49,741 nt of DNA from Octopus bimaculoides (GCF_001194135.2 NC_068999.1:6293371-6343111), one strand, 5' to 3'. Positions 23,985-38,628 are shown, numbered from the stretch's first letter. Made by a program: numbers and translations. Notes: generated by a model from the letters alone, not told the origin.

Positions 23985-25637
23985 GTTACAGGAAAATATC
24001 TGTTTACAAGAACTCAATTAAATATCACACGGATTTTGACTGAAATATCCTATGTTATATTACTCTTAAGTATTCTATACGTTACCTTGTCTCAGAAAGG
24101 CTTCGCTCGTCAGTGAAGCATAGTGAAACGTGTAAATTACGATATTCAAGAACCAATTTTGAATTATGGCTAAAACCTCGTTTATATCAATGACACGTCT
24201 AAAGATAGCCACAATTCCTGCTCATAACCATTTGCGGTATTTGCATCTGAAAATATCATACTATTCCAAAAGCGTTACCCGTCGCATGACAGTTAACGTT
24301 TCAAATATACTTTCGCCACATGGGATGATAACATCAGGGAATTTTGCAAACATACAAGAAACATAATTAAACTTTTATCAAATTTCAATGATTAAATGAA
24401 TATTAATTTTCTAAAGAATAATTAAATTTAATGGAAATGAAATTAAATTAAGCAAATTTCTCATTTGCATAACTCCTCTTATAAGTAATCAGACATTTAC
24501 ACACTTACCTCTTCCTTCCGCTATTCCTAGTATCTGCACTCATCTGCTTCTTTCACTTTATCTCCCCCACCTCTCTCTCTGTTTCTCTCTCTTTCACTCG
24601 TCCAACCTCTAAACCATGTAAGGCGCGCTTAGAGAAATCAGAAGAATCAACCCAAATTTATATCGGCAATTATGTAGAGATTATAATAGCTACTACTATT
24701 TTTGTAGGACTCCAAGAAACCTAAAATACGAGGTTTCTATATATTTGTTAAGGATTCCATAGAAGAAGCATGGTGAACAATATGAAGTAAGCTCTGGGAT
24801 TCCTGTTTGAAAAGACACAATTTAGAATGGGACGTATTTCTTTGTATGCGATTGTACCAGAACAATCAAAGCAAATCTCCGGTGAGAACATTTAGCCGGG
24901 AAATTAAAATTAACAAAGCATCGGTCCAATGAGACGAGGAATCGTTTGTCTACTAAACGCCTCATTAAACAAGAGCATATTAAAGAGACAATCGTGAGCC
25001 TCTTCAGCGCATATTGTGTCGCTAGCATCGTTTTGTTACAAATAATCACTAATCAAAAATTTCTCTGAGCAAATCAACCTCAGTTCTCCTTTTTGTCAAA
25101 CATTGTATAACTTGTTAAACGTTATTCTTTATGAACTTGTTTTTAATATCCGAGTACGATTGCGGAGATTTACTGCAGACAACCTTCTGAGTGTGAGCGC
25201 CAGCTCGAGGCGATATCATTCTCTCTAGCTATAGAACTCTTTTAATTAGATAGAGAGACAGAATTATTTTAAGAAGCTTCTACTTTCGTATGATGCCGGA
25301 AGAGTATATGAGTGATTCTGTTGTATTGCCGCAGACATGGTAAACTCTACATGTCTCTTGCAGACAATCCACTTAGAAAGTTAAGTATTTCATTGACACC
25401 GTAGGCAAAAACAAATTAATAAAATAGACAGCGTCGAATTTGCTGCGATTCTAAATTAAATCTGAGTGTAATAAACCAACCTACAGCATGAAATATAGTG
25501 CGATATTCTACAAGATTTCTCTCAAATAACCTGAAGAATTTTCTCCAAGATATACCAGACAAACAATCTACTCTGGAATATGTTACGATCGATAACAAAC
25601 AACTTGACACCCATGAGGGCTGCGCTGTACCTAAGTA

Positions 25638-25779
25638 TGTTTATCTGTCTGTGGACAAGATATCTCAAGAACCGCTGGATGGATTCGGTTCTTGAGATAT
25701 CTTGTCCACAGACAGACAAACAAACAAACAAACGTGACTGAAACCAATACTTCCGCCTTCGCTTAGACGGAGGTAATAA
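25638..25779 (-). mobile_element. DINE-1/HINE-like (non-autonomous Helentron-type) fragment with internal foldback
   Basis: Minus strand: ttattacctccgtctaagcgaaggcggaag (terminal hairpin), then (GTTT)n(GTCT)n, then gtggacaagatatctcaagaaccg, the layout typical of HINEs. Perfect 31-bp inverted repeat at 25644-25674 / 25686-25716. Confidence 0.65.
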
Positions 25780-27083
25780 ATTAAGAAATGTGCAGCTGAA
25801 CATCAGTAAAACCACACACAAATACAGGTATGGCATTTAAATACATTAAAATTTCATATGGATAAGTTAAATAAACAAACGACCAACGTCTAGTCATACA
25901 TATACAAATGAAATTAAAACTTTACACTAATTCATTCCAGCAGAATTTAAAAGAAGAAATCAATATACACACAAACGTTCATACATACATGCATACACAT
26001 TTACCTACAGACATACACACACACATACACATATATACATATATATACAATTATATATGTCGATATATGTGCGTGTGTATGTATGTATATATCTAGAAAA
26101 TACATTGTGCAACATTGAAATAACTTATTGAATAAAGCAGTTTAAATGACTCGTAGATTCATTAGCAAGAACATGTCGGATGGTGCCGTGTTGTGAATAA
26201 ATTATAAGGAGTTCATTTATTTCTATCGATTGAACACAGTAATAAATGAATAAATAAATGAATAAATAAATGAATAAATAAATACCTAAATAATTTAATA
26301 AAGGAAAGAAAGAAGAAAGAAAAACACAGCAACGCTACACCGCATTAATCATTCACAAAAGTTCAAGTGAATATATCTACAAATACATTTTAATTATAAT
26401 CAATGTTATATTTTATGAAATATAATTATAGTTTTTTTTTTTCATTGCGTTCCAAACGCAAAGCATTAGCGTTAATTAAACCTGAATATTGTGACTTATT
26501 AACTGATATAATTGAGATAAAAGGCTATATATAATTTCTACTTAACACCGTTTAATATTTTAACAACCTTTCATCTTTATTTCTTTATTTCCCGCCGCAT
26601 TCTTTCGTTCTTTAAACTTTTCAGCAATTCAATTATTTGTCCTCGCAAAGACCATATATAATCCAGTACGTTATTTCTGTTCTTCTTCTTCTGTTCGTTA
26701 AAAGACAAGTGTTAACAAATATACCTGTTGAATATTTAATATTTAAACACGTACAAATGTGCAGTTATTTAATACCTCGATGTTAATGGCTTTTGTACTA
26801 ATGCTTAACATTTATTATTTTTTTCCCATTATGTCTCTAAAAGCTTGGTGTTCTTACCTCACTGAGCAGTTAATTTGTTAATTAAACAATTCTCTTATTT
26901 TTTCAATAATGAATCTGAAAACATAGATTCCGGTTGTTAGAAACGAAAATATCTGGTTATGTATGATGGGTGGCTCAGACTTATGGATTCAAACGGATTA
27001 CATATTCTCAACAAAGTAAAATTTGGTAATGGATCCTCCTGATGAACGTCGACACGTATGTAGTTTATTTCTAGCTCAGATTA

Positions 27084-27300
27084 GAAACTGTAAAGAAGCC
27101 CGTCGTTTATACATATATCCGTTTGTGCCGCTACGGTTTGAAAAACCACTGTTAGAGTGTTTACGTCCCCGGAGTCTACCGGTTCACTAAAAGAGTTCTA
27201 CAGAATGACTATCAGGCCTAACAAAAATTATGTATTGGTGTCGCTTCGTTCGACTAAAAATTTTTTCAGGCTGGTGTCCCAGCATGGCTGCAGTCTAATG
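27084..27300 (+). mobile_element. family D SINE 3' half
   Basis: gaaactgtaaagaagcccgtcg..gtgtttacgtccccg..ggtgtcccagcatggctgcagtctaatg. Confidence 0.75.
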
Positions 27301-27848
27301 AATGGTATCTGATTTTATCGCCCTCAAAGTTGACCACGGCACGATTTAAAATCCGGAATATTACGATCCCGACGAAAAGTGGCAAAGCGCTTTTTTCGAT
27401 TTTTTAACGTTTCATTCACCTCGCCGCCTTTGTGGTTTCAAATTTTGACAAAGTCCAGTAAGTTGCGACCGTGGCGAAGGGGATAAGTCCAATACAGCAA
27501 CACCAATTCTTGAATGCAACTTACTTTATCTGATTCCGAAAGGGCGAAACGCAAGGATGACAAGGGCAGAATCTGAAAACAGAACCTAATGAGGCGAGAA
27601 AAATTACGACAAGCATTTTGTTCCTCACGTTAACTTAATGGTTTCATATTTTGGCAGAAGAACACCAAAGATTCTTTGAAAATGTGTTAAATGGATTGCA
27701 TCAACCTTAGTTCTCAATCGATACTTATTTTATCGGCTCCGAAATTATGACAGGCAAGCTTGATCACGGCAAAATTTGAACTAAGTATGCTAAAACCCGG
27801 AGGAAATGACAAGGAACGTTTCGTTAGGCGCGGTAGAGAATCTGCCAT
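27301..27848 (-). mobile_element. three consecutive, highly diverged family A SINE copies
   Basis: Recurrent ttttatc..ccgaaa..aag..gac..aatttgaac..aattctgcc/acctcgcc motifs at ~27301-27425, ~27435-27635 and ~27690-27848. Confidence 0.6.
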
Positions 27849-28375
27849 CTTGCAAGCCTTAAACTACAGTCGATTGTTACGAACAGAAACGCTGTACTTT
27901 ATAAAACGAGGAATTCTTGGAGAAACTACAAATAATATATAAAGCACCATAGCTCTATATTTTCATCACTTTTATTTATTTCAGAGAAAAGCATCTATTC
28001 CACATCAGATTTTCTATAATATTACATATCAGTTTGTGAGATTTATGTATCGAAAAATATATCAATATTTTTAAAAATAGGGGTGTGAGAAAATAAAATG
28101 AAGCGCGACCTAGATATTCAGGGAGTTAAAAAGAATCTACAATAAAAATGTAAGAAAATGAGAACGGAGATACTAGAAAAATGAGAAGAAATGAGGGAGA
28201 TAAGATGCAGATATAAATAATACTTAAAAAATATATATTTATTTAGCTCTAAAAGTGACAAACTTAATGAATATTATACATATATATATATATATATATA
28301 TNNNNNNNNNNNNNNNNNNNNNNNNNNNNNNNNNNNNNNNNNNNNNNNNNNNNNNNNNNNNNNNNNNNNNNNNNN

Positions 28376-28441
<66 letters not shown>

Positions 28442-28773
28442 CATATATGTGCATTTTTCTATATACGATATATTTATACATTTGTTCATGTATGTGTATG
28501 TATATGAACATTCACACATAATATGTATATATGTGTGTGTATATGTATGTAAGTATATATATATATATATAAATATACATATATATATATGTGCTTGTGA
28601 ACACATGCATCTATAGTCACAAATTACACATGTGTGTGTATGTGTACGTGTGCTAGTGTCTGTGTGATTCAACATATATATGTACATTTGCGTTTCTGTG
28701 CGTGTGGGTATCTAATTATGTGTGTATAAACATACAACACACGCACACATATATATACATACATATATTTATT

Positions 28774-28806
<33 letters not shown>

Positions 28807-29397
28807 NNNNNNNNNNNNNNNNNNNNNNNNNNNNNNNNNNNNNNNNNNNNNNNNNNNNNNNNNNNNNNNNNNNNNNNNNNNNNNNNNNNNNNNNNNNNNN
28901 NNNNNNNNNNNNNNNNNNNNNNNNNNNNNNNNNNNNNNNNNNNNNNNNNNNNNNNNNNNNNNNNNNNNNNNNNNNNNNNNNNNNNNNNNNNNNNNNNNNN
29001 NNNNNNNNNNNNNNNNNNNNNNNNNNNNNNNNNNNNNNNNNNNNNNNNNNNNNNNNNNNNNNNNNNNNNNNNNNNNNNNNNNNNNNNNNNNNNNNNNNNN
29101 NNNNNNNNNNNNNNNNNNNNNNNNNNNNNNNNNNNNNNNNNNNNNNNNNNNNNNNNNNNNNNNNNNNNNNNNNNNNNNNNNNNNNNNNNNNNNNNNNNNN
29201 NNNNNNNNNNNNNNNNNNNNNNNNNNNNNNNNNNNNNNNNNNNNNNNNNNNNNNNNNNNNNNNNNNNNNNNNNNNNNNNNNNNNNNNNNNNNNNNNNNNN
29301 NNNNNNNNNNNNNNNNNNNNNNNNNNNNNNNNNNNNNNNNNNNNNNNNNNNNNNNNNNNNNNNNNNNNNNNNNNNNNNNNNNNNNNNNNNNNNNNNN

Positions 29398-29450
<53 letters not shown>

Positions 29451-29509
29451 TGTATACTCTAATAAACACACACGCACACACTCACACACACACACACACA
29501 TACATATAT

Positions 29510-29557
<48 letters not shown>

Positions 29558-30235
29558 ACATGAACATGAATATGACTAGATATGCAGCTACGCTAAACAT
29601 TTTTACGACTATTATCTAACATAGCGTGGGATATATTTCCCTCTAACGATTTTAATACAAAAAACACAAAAGTGTTTTATTTTCTCTCAAAAAAATTCTG
29701 AAGTTTGGGGAAATTGTTTTCGTGGTAAAAGAGATTTATCATATTTTTAGGAACGGTTTATGCCAACGTATTTTCTTTCCTGCTTGAGGAATATTCTCAC
29801 AATTGTTCTATCTGTTCTTATCTCTCCCATTAAGTAAATGCATAAGGTGTACTTATATGCCTAAAAATATATGCTAGTGAAAAAAATCACTAATGCACAC
29901 GGATCTTGAGCAAACACTCATGCACCCCACCTCACACTCATATACATATTTCGACTTACTCTAAGAAGCGGTACACGGTATTAGAATTTAGATTCATATA
30001 ATAATATAACAAGAATCTCCAAATAATTGTTTGAGTATCGGCATAAGTGTAGTCAAGTCAGGGAAGTTTATATGGGCATCGTGTCGATTTCGTTGTGATA
30101 ATGAAATCAAACCAGATAGCGATATTTTGAAATCATTTTGCTACGTACGTTTCAGGCTTTGCTAATATATAAAAGAAATAGCATCCATTACGTGCCTCTT
30201 CATCATTTAACTGAGGAGGGGTTGTGTAAGATTCC

Positions 30236-30450
30236 AGGTGAAATTAACGTGCAAGTGGCTGGGAACGCCGCAGACACGTAGTTCTCAGGAAGATTCAGCG
30301 TGACACGGAATGTGAATAGGCTGGTCCTTTGAAATACAGATACCACTGACTTTGCCAACTGAGTGGACTGAAGCAATGCAAAATAAAGTGTCTTGCTCAA
30401 AGACACAACGCATCGCCGGGAATTAAACTCACGACCTTACAATCGCGATT
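30236..30450 (-). mobile_element. family B SINE
   Basis: gtgaaattaacgtgcaagtggct..cagcgtgacac..cctttgaaatacag..tgccaactgagtggactgaagcaatgcaaaataaagtgtcttgctcaaagacacaacg. Confidence 0.8.
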
Positions 30451-32541
30451 CTGCTAGCTCGCTGTCTTCCAGTAGCAACTGTAATGTATTATCGTTTATA
30501 CGTTAATGGATTTATAAAAATACCCTTCATTAATTTTAAATTACAAAGAGATAATAAACAAAACGAAAGTGATAAATAACAATGCCATTTCTCAATTCAT
30601 TTATAATGAGTTCACCTGTTCTATTTTCTTTATGATAAAATTAAATACTTTTGTAGCAACACTTATACATGCAGGAGAACCGGTACCTTCAACGCCCTTG
30701 AGAATAAAACAACTCGGCAACTATTTATTATGTCTCAATACGTCGTCAATCTTAACATGGAATTTATATTCTAGCGAATATTACTATTTATCTGGTCCCG
30801 TTTCTTTCTGATTAAACATAACTTTGCATGTTTATGGTAGATATCTTCACTGAGGACCTTATATATATATATATATATATATATCCACAGGAAAGACCAA
30901 CGATTTTGACTGTCTTCAAAGATGCTGCTGTCAGAACTCAAGGAGCCAGATCAAGGCATCTCATTAGGCTATCTAAACCTCAACAGTAACTTTGTTTCCA
31001 CGCAACAAAGAATGACATGCAGAGGCGACCTCTTCATGATTTAAACTCAAAGCACAGATGTGAAACGAGCACAGGTACAGCATTGTATCAAACGCTCGTT
31101 TGCCTCGGCTTATTCGATTCGTTAAAGCAATGTTTAATGGTAATTATTAGGTGTTTCTTTATGGTTTATTGTGATATCATTCTTTTACTCTTTGTCATTA
31201 ATGCAATTAACGCTTGGTCTTTGTTGAGATATTGGCGTAAATATAGAATCAAGATATTCAAAATATTTCCAATAAATTCCTCTTTAAATAAATATCGATA
31301 GTTCAATATTTAATCTGTTACAAAAGCCGAATTTCTCAGTGGAAAATTGATTGAGGAACAAACAATTGTATAGGGAACAACCATTTTAATGTCAGCCGTT
31401 TGCAAATTACAGTTTGTCTTTCGCAGCCAATAGTTTGCATTTAACTTCAGCGTATAATTAGATAATAACCAAATCAATTAACGGAGAATAATGAATAAAA
31501 CTTAATTACTCATGTAATTTCAATTTAATATTCAAACATGGAGAAGAATGAATATTTTACAGCTAACGCTCACGGTTGCATTAAGCTGAGTTTGAAAGCC
31601 GTTTTGTGTTCCGAGTTTTGAAGTCGGTTTTGCGTGTCTTCTATATTGTAGGATCAAATCGGTGCTCGAATAATACTGCCTGTCTTTTGTATCATATGTG
31701 ATGCACGAGACATGTTTCCCTAGCGTCTGTGTGTCATACATGACACACATTCCCAATGTTGTTAACCGCCACAGCGACTTGGGGATAATGATAGGAAATC
31801 TTTATATTACTGAAGACATATGATGCAAGGACTAAGCCTGAAACAAGCATGGACGTTTGGGACAAACTTATGAAAATAGTTTGGACAAGAAAATGAGTTA
31901 ATCATTATAAGTTTACTTATAAATATAATACTATTAACAACGCCCTTAACTTAATACTAATGTGTTAATATACTATAAATAGCTGTGGAATTTTATTATT
32001 GCATATATATGGTAAGTAACTACTCAGGTTAAGGTAGTATTAATATAATATTGTTCCAGAATTTGAAACTGATATATGACTACGAGAAAACGTTTTGAAG
32101 ATTGAAAATGGATGGATGCTTATAAAGAACTGTGAAATACATAATGTCTTTTGATTTTGTATTTTTTTCTGAAACAAACCATTTTTGAGACGGTATAAAC
32201 TCAAAATTAATAGTATTGAAGGTACAGTGATAAGAGAGAACATGTTTGGGTTATATTCTTGGTTTTACATTAATCTGTTATTTTTCTTTAATTTACGTCA
32301 AAAGATAAACAGTCTTTACTAAATGACGAAAGCAACGATACAACCGTTCCATAATATTTCATTCTGCTGCCATGCAACAACTTTGGTAAGGCTTTAACAA
32401 ATCTTCATATGCTACATTACATACTTATTGTCATATCAAATAACAGAACACATAGCTTAAGTTAAAAGCGAACCCCCGATGAATGAAGTATAGTAGCTGG
32501 TGCAAGTCGCTGTGAATTCTATAAAATCACACGAGAAAAAT

Positions 32542-32715
32542 AGGCGCAGACATATCTTTATGGTTGAAAATGTTTACTTGGAAACGTCGTGGTTTCGGGT
32601 TTGGTACCACTTCGTAGTATTTTCGGCAATAATCCTCTACTATAACCCAGGGTTTCATAATCACTTGAGTAAGATTTGATTGACAGAAACTATACGGAAA
32701 CAGTGTGTGTGTGTG
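32542..32715 (+). mobile_element. old family D SINE
   Basis: aggcgcagac..tggtttcgggtttggtaccacttcgtag..ctactataacccaggg..cttgagtaagatttgattgacagaaact. Confidence 0.6.
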
Positions 32716-33254
32716 TAACCTACATAGAAGGCATACGAATGTAACAGTTTCTTCTGTCGATTGAAAAAGATGTCGAATAGCCTTAGTCGATTTTTTTTAA
32801 CCTTACTGAGTCCTCATACAAAGGCGTCCACATCACGAGAACAATTCCAAAGAAATATGCAGCCAATTTGTTTATCTACTCAATAAATCGATTAGATTCA
32901 GAGAAGTGAGCGACTAATTTTCAGACCATAAGTCTTTTACACTTTATCCAATATCAGCGGCCTGGAAAGAGGATCTCAGTCCACAAAGTATCGATGTAAT
33001 CGATAATAAATGTAACCCACATCGCAGATTATACAAACATTGCAAATTTAAATGTTTCACTTTAATCTGAAAAAAAAATATGATGAGATGTTTTAATTGA
33101 TTCTCGAAATTGATTGGGTGATCATCAATGTCCATGATGGACGTCCACTAGCACGGGACATGTATAGCTTTAATATAATGAGTGACAAAGTGGTACCTTT
33201 TTGAATAAAATACATAATCCACTCGATGTGTCCATATACATTTACCGACTTGCC

Positions 33255-33385
33255 AGTTTGACCCGCATAGTATGACCCAGTCGAGGCTATAGAAAATATA
33301 GATTTGCCCAAAATGCCATAAATACTGGGATCGAACCTGCGACTTGATAATAAAGAAACTGAACTTCTTATCAATTCGTCTACAC
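33255..33385 (-). mobile_element. old family D SINE
   Basis: gtcgaggctatagaaaatatagatttgcccaaaatgcca..actgggatcgaacc. Confidence 0.55.
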
Positions 33386-34843
33386 TGAGCCGAGTCTCGC
33401 TTTCTATGTATATCATAAATTCATTGGAGTTACAGATATTGTCATATCTCTATGACTACCTCAGCACAAACGTATATGTGAGTATGTTTTCGCATGAAAG
33501 ATTTTTAATCGATTAATTCGAAAGTATAATGTCCTTATCGATATATGATAGTGAGTGAATTTGTTTGCGTGGTTTTGTTCTACTTCATCACTCTATCAAT
33601 TATCTGATGAATGAATCAGCATAAATTTAGCGAAACTTACCAGCGACATATCAAGATATATTAGCCATACATATGCTAACCTTCATAACATATTGCTGTC
33701 ATATAGATGTGAAGATTTGTCAATTTGATCATAAATTATTGTATTGGTGATATGATAGAGGCATGGGTTGTCGTCTGGGATATAAACATTCGTTACCTTT
33801 ATCTACAACATACTCACACACATACACACAAACATGCAAATTTGAATATACATACACCACTGAATTCGCTAATGTTTCAGATAGTTAAATGTGCATATAT
33901 GTATGTGTATATGTATATGTATATATATATNNNNNNNNNNNNNNNNNNNNNNNNNNNNNNNNNNNNNNNNNNNNNNNNNNNNNNNNNNNNNNNNNNNNNN
34001 NNNNNNNNNNNNNNNNNNNNNNNNNNNNNNNNNNNNNNNNNNNNNNNNNNNNNNNNNNNNNNNNNNNNNNNNNNNNNNNNNNNNNNNNNNNNNNNNNNNN
34101 NNNNNNNNNNNNNNNNNNNNNNNNNNNNNNNNNNNNNNNNNNNNNNNNNNNNNNNNNNNNNNNNNNNNNNNNNNNNNNNNNNNNNNNNNNNNNNNNNNNN
34201 NNNNNNNNNNNNNNNNNNNNNNNNNNNNNNNNNNNNNNNNNNNNNNNNNNNNNNNNNNNNNNNNNNNNNNNNNNNNNNNNNNNNNNNNNNNNNNNNNNNN
34301 NNNNNNNNNNNNNNNNNNNNNNNGGGAGAGAGAGAGAGATTATATACATACATCACTGCTGAATGCGATGATGCGATGATGTTTCAGATAGTCAAATGTA
34401 CATGTGTGCACAGTAGCACACACGGACACAGACACACACGCACACACACACACACACACACGCACACACACACTCACAAACTTATACACATTAGAACACA
34501 TGTATGTAGCTGTGTGTAACTGCATGCATGAATATTCTAATTTCTTGCTGTTTCAATCGAGTCCACCTAATTTATTACAGTCTTACAATATCAATGAATG
34601 TACTATTGACTGTTGTCGATAACACGGAAGGGGGAAAAAACATCGCTTAGAAACGTACGGATAGGTTACACTTCATTGACGAGTCTCACTAGGGTGAATC
34701 TGCTTTGACATCCCCGTGAATCACACCTCAGACGATGTTCACTTCACTAAAATATTTACTGTTCTTTGGTTTGAATGAAACTTCTTACAACACAGCCACG
34801 CCTGCGCCTATTTACATATATTTATGTATGTAAGCATATATAT

Positions 34844-34906
<63 letters not shown>

Positions 34907-35143
34907 NNNNNNNNNNNNNNNNNNNNNNNNNNNNNNNNNNNNNNNNNNNNNNNNNNNNNNNNNNNNNNNNNNNNNNNNNNNNNNNNNNNNNNNNNNNNNN
35001 NNNNNNNNNNNNNNNNNNNNNNNNNNNNNNNNNNNNNNNNNNNNNNNNNNNNNNNNNNNNNNNNNNNNNNNNNNNNNNNNNNNNNNNNNNNNNNNNNNNN
35101 NNNNNNNNNNNNNNNNNNNNNNNNNNNNNNNNNNNNNNNNNNN

Positions 35144-35183
<40 letters not shown>

Positions 35184-35707
35184 ATGTGTATGCGCGCGTG
35201 TGTGTGAAGGCAGGTACATGTAAGAGAAAGTAAACAACTGAACGATGATCTATAAATTTATATTTAATGTGAAGAACTAATATCCGAATATCTGGAGTGC
35301 TTCCGATCTGCTTTAACCAAAATCGTTAAAGATTGACCTTTTGTTCGTAGCATTCTAAGGATACCATTGAAGCATAACAAACACTGTTGTCCAGTCTTTT
35401 AAAACAACGGAACCATGGCTCTTGTAGCCAATTGAAATGTCAAGTTAGAATATTTACAGAGGATTTCAAATTTTGCACTTTTACGTTATATTTCTTATCT
35501 TGCGTTCATTTGCATTTGCCGCGCAATATTTTCGGAGTACAATAGCAATGTTGCTGTAGGTTATTGCTCAGACAAGCTGTTTCAATTATACAATTTCAGA
35601 AATACTCAGACCCTGTTGTAGTCTAAATAACTTTTCCCAAGTGTGTATATAACTCTATTTGTATACGCAATTATATATCTGTGTTTGTGTGCTTGCGTGT
35701 ATGTATG

Positions 35708-35747
<40 letters not shown>

Positions 35748-35750
35748 CTG

Positions 35751-35806
<56 letters not shown>

Positions 35807-36313
35807 TGATTGATTGATTGATTCGTTGAGTGATTTATTTGAATCTATTTGCTGACATGTTTCTGCATACATATAATTATCTATGCAGGATTTTACATAT
35901 ATACGGATCCATTTTAATACACTGTCTGATGTATGCACAGAAGATACACGCGCACACATACACACACACATATATATATATATGTGATTGTGTATGTATA
36001 TTTATATACATATATAAGGAGAGAGACATACAAACAGACAGAGATACATACATTGGCAAGCAAGAACTACAGATAGCGAAAAAATATTGAAACTTTGCAG
36101 TAAAGATTGGAAACTACCACTCGAAAACATTCCTTCAATCAAATATGCGCGCGCGTATGACACTTCAGCACACAAGCATGCGCACTTCACCTCGGACACT
36201 AGAGGGTAGACAAACTCTAGAACTACTTGAGACAGCAAGTGAATTACATATGAAGATTGCAGATACAATTGCATTTGCTAGGAATCTTCTCCAATACACT
36301 TGTACACCCACTG

Positions 36314-36391
36314 ATTTTAGTATCACACAGTGTCATACGATGTCAAAGAATTATTTTTTTGATATCGTATGACACTGCGTGATGTTACAAT
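36314..36391. ncRNA. pre-miRNA-like hairpin (candidate only)
   Basis: 37-bp stem with 2 mismatches and a few G-U pairs, 4-nt loop (ttat, 36351-36354). Confidence 0.3.
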
Positions 36392-36807
36392 GTTTTCGAA
36401 ACCATGTTTATGGTCAGGATTTTGTAAAATCTTGAATGATTTTCCATATTAGGAGTCAGGATTCTATGATTTTTCTTTTGCTTTATCTTGCTTTTTAGTT
36501 GACCGGATGTATTAGGTGTTGATCAATTGTTTTTGTTATTCGCCCTGTGGGACAAAATAATTTCAAAAAAAGTGACATCGTCGTAACCGAACAAAGAAGA
36601 AACGAAGGTTTGTAGGACGTTTTGAAGGTGGAATCGTGCTTTGTGCACGCCGTGCAGCTTTTCCTGCAATTCTATTTACAGCATTATCACTAATAGTAAC
36701 AAGTAACAAGAACAACAGCAACGTCAACAACAACAATATTATCAGCAGCAGCAGCAAGAATGATGCCATATCAAGCAAAAAAGGTGGAAAATAGGTAAGA
36801 TTATTCT

Positions 36808-36998
36808 GTTTCAAATTTTGGAACAAGGCCATCAATTTCGGACTGGTGGGCAAGTCGATTACATCGACCCTAGTTTTCAACTCTTACCTTTTTAATCGAC
36901 CCCGAAAGGGTGAAAGGCAAATTTGAACTCAGAACGTAAAAACAGACGAAATGCCGCTAAGCATTTTGCCTGGCATGCAAACGATTCTGCCAGCTCGC
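36808..36998 (-). mobile_element. family A SINE
   Basis: gtttcaaattttggaacaaggcc..gtcgattacatcgaccctag..atcgaccccgaaagggtgaaaggcaaatttgaactcagaacgtaaa..gcaaacgattctgccagctcgc. Confidence 0.9.
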
Positions 36999-37081
36999 AG
37001 ACTTCAACCCCACCCCCAAATTTTGGTAGAAGGTCAGCACTTTGTGCGGGAGGTAGACGATTACATATACACACACACACA

Positions 37082-37130
<49 letters not shown>

Positions 37131-37142
37131 GCACACATACGC

Positions 37143-37177
<35 letters not shown>

Positions 37178-37777
37178 CATACATACATACATACATACAT
37201 ACATACATACATGCATACACACATACATACATGCATACAGAGAAGCTGAGAAACTGTACGTGAGAGAGTGAGATATAAGTCAATACATATGTATGTCAAT
37301 AGTTTAATTACGTTTACTTTATTACAGGAATACCATATCAATCGATGGACCATTTTAAGATATTAAAGGCCACTATCGCGCTAAAAGTGCCGCAGGCTTA
37401 GTTCACAGATGTAGAAATGACATTTTCAATTCTAAATTAATAAGTTTCTTGTTAAATGAGCTTTTTATGTGTTCTTACTCGTATTTCTTTTACCATTAAT
37501 AAAGGAACACAAGTAATGTTACCTATAAATACATTTTATATATATAAACTGGACGGAAACGGATCTCAGTCAGTCTCGTGATGAGGATACGACTCAATTA
37601 ACGGAACTATTAGTATATACATTTTTCTCTTATATACAGCATTACTCTCATGTACAGCAACTGAACCTGGGACCTTGTTTTGGGGAAGCAAACGTTCCAT
37701 CACACAGCCACGCCTTAACACACAAACTGCGAAAATTAATAAAACAGAAATAATAATTTAAAATTCATTCTTTCTTG

Positions 37778-37845
37778 GCGGCCCAGTGTCGAATGACCTG
37801 CAGCCCGGTACTGGTCCGTGGCTTGGTGGTTGGAGGACCTTACTG
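37778..37845. mobile_element. hAT MITE terminal fragment
   Basis: gcggcccag..cccggtactggtccgtggcttggtggttggaggaccttactg resembles the end of hAT MITEs with CAGTGGTCCCCAACC termini. Confidence 0.4.
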
Positions 37846-38399
37846 TATATGATAAAGTCGAAACAACGAAAATAAAACCTTGACGTGTCGTCACCTATTG
37901 TAATAATCTCGCCCTTAGCTCTCATATTGTCCAGCTTTAACCCTGGAATAACCCAACAACATAATAATTCTTTACGAAACCACATCAGAAATATTTCAAA
38001 TGAAGTGAACTCGGCCAGTAAATAGACGTCTTAACTTTGAACACTACTAGTACTGCAAAAAAGAAAAAAAACATTCGTTATATTAATGTAACATTAATTA
38101 TATTACAATTACTGCAGTGGTAAGATAAAATTAATGAACCTCACCGCACGTGTTTCCCTGAGCTCCTTGTTTATATATTTGACACTTTGTCTTTTTAAAA
38201 GCGAATTCAATAAGTGATGCTTTTACTAAATTGAAACACATCAATTTCGACATTTCCCACTGTTTTGCTAAGACGAGGTTAGCTTTCTAAACTTGCCCTT
38301 TGGTGTTTGTCTTCTCGTAAATCTTGTTTGTTTTGATGATGTTATGGTGGAAATGCTGATGTCATCGACGTTGTCGTTGTTGTTATTGTTCCTGGGTTT

Positions 38400-38505
38400 C
38401 TTCTTTTTCCTTTCTTCTTCTTCCCTTCTTCTTCTTCTTCCTTTTCTTCTTCTTCTTCCCCTTCTTCCTTTTCTTCTTCTTCCTCTACTTCCTTATCTTC
38501 TTCTT

Positions 38506-38574
<69 letters not shown>

Positions 38575-38597
38575 GATTATTATTGTTGCTGTTGTTG

Positions 38598-38628
<31 letters not shown>

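Noticed and set aside
26238-26285. Cluster of AATAAA poly(A) signals
   Set aside because: Explained by a 12-bp (aataaatgaata)n tandem repeat in AT-rich DNA.
33860-34402. Duplicated gtttcagatagt[t/c]aaatgt on both sides of a 393-N gap
   Set aside because: Probably a short local duplication or collapsed repeat at an assembly gap; cannot be evaluated.
34665-34700. Hammerhead-like ttgacgagtctcactagggtgaatc
   Set aside because: Core C3 and GAAAC are both broken, and stems cannot be formed convincingly.
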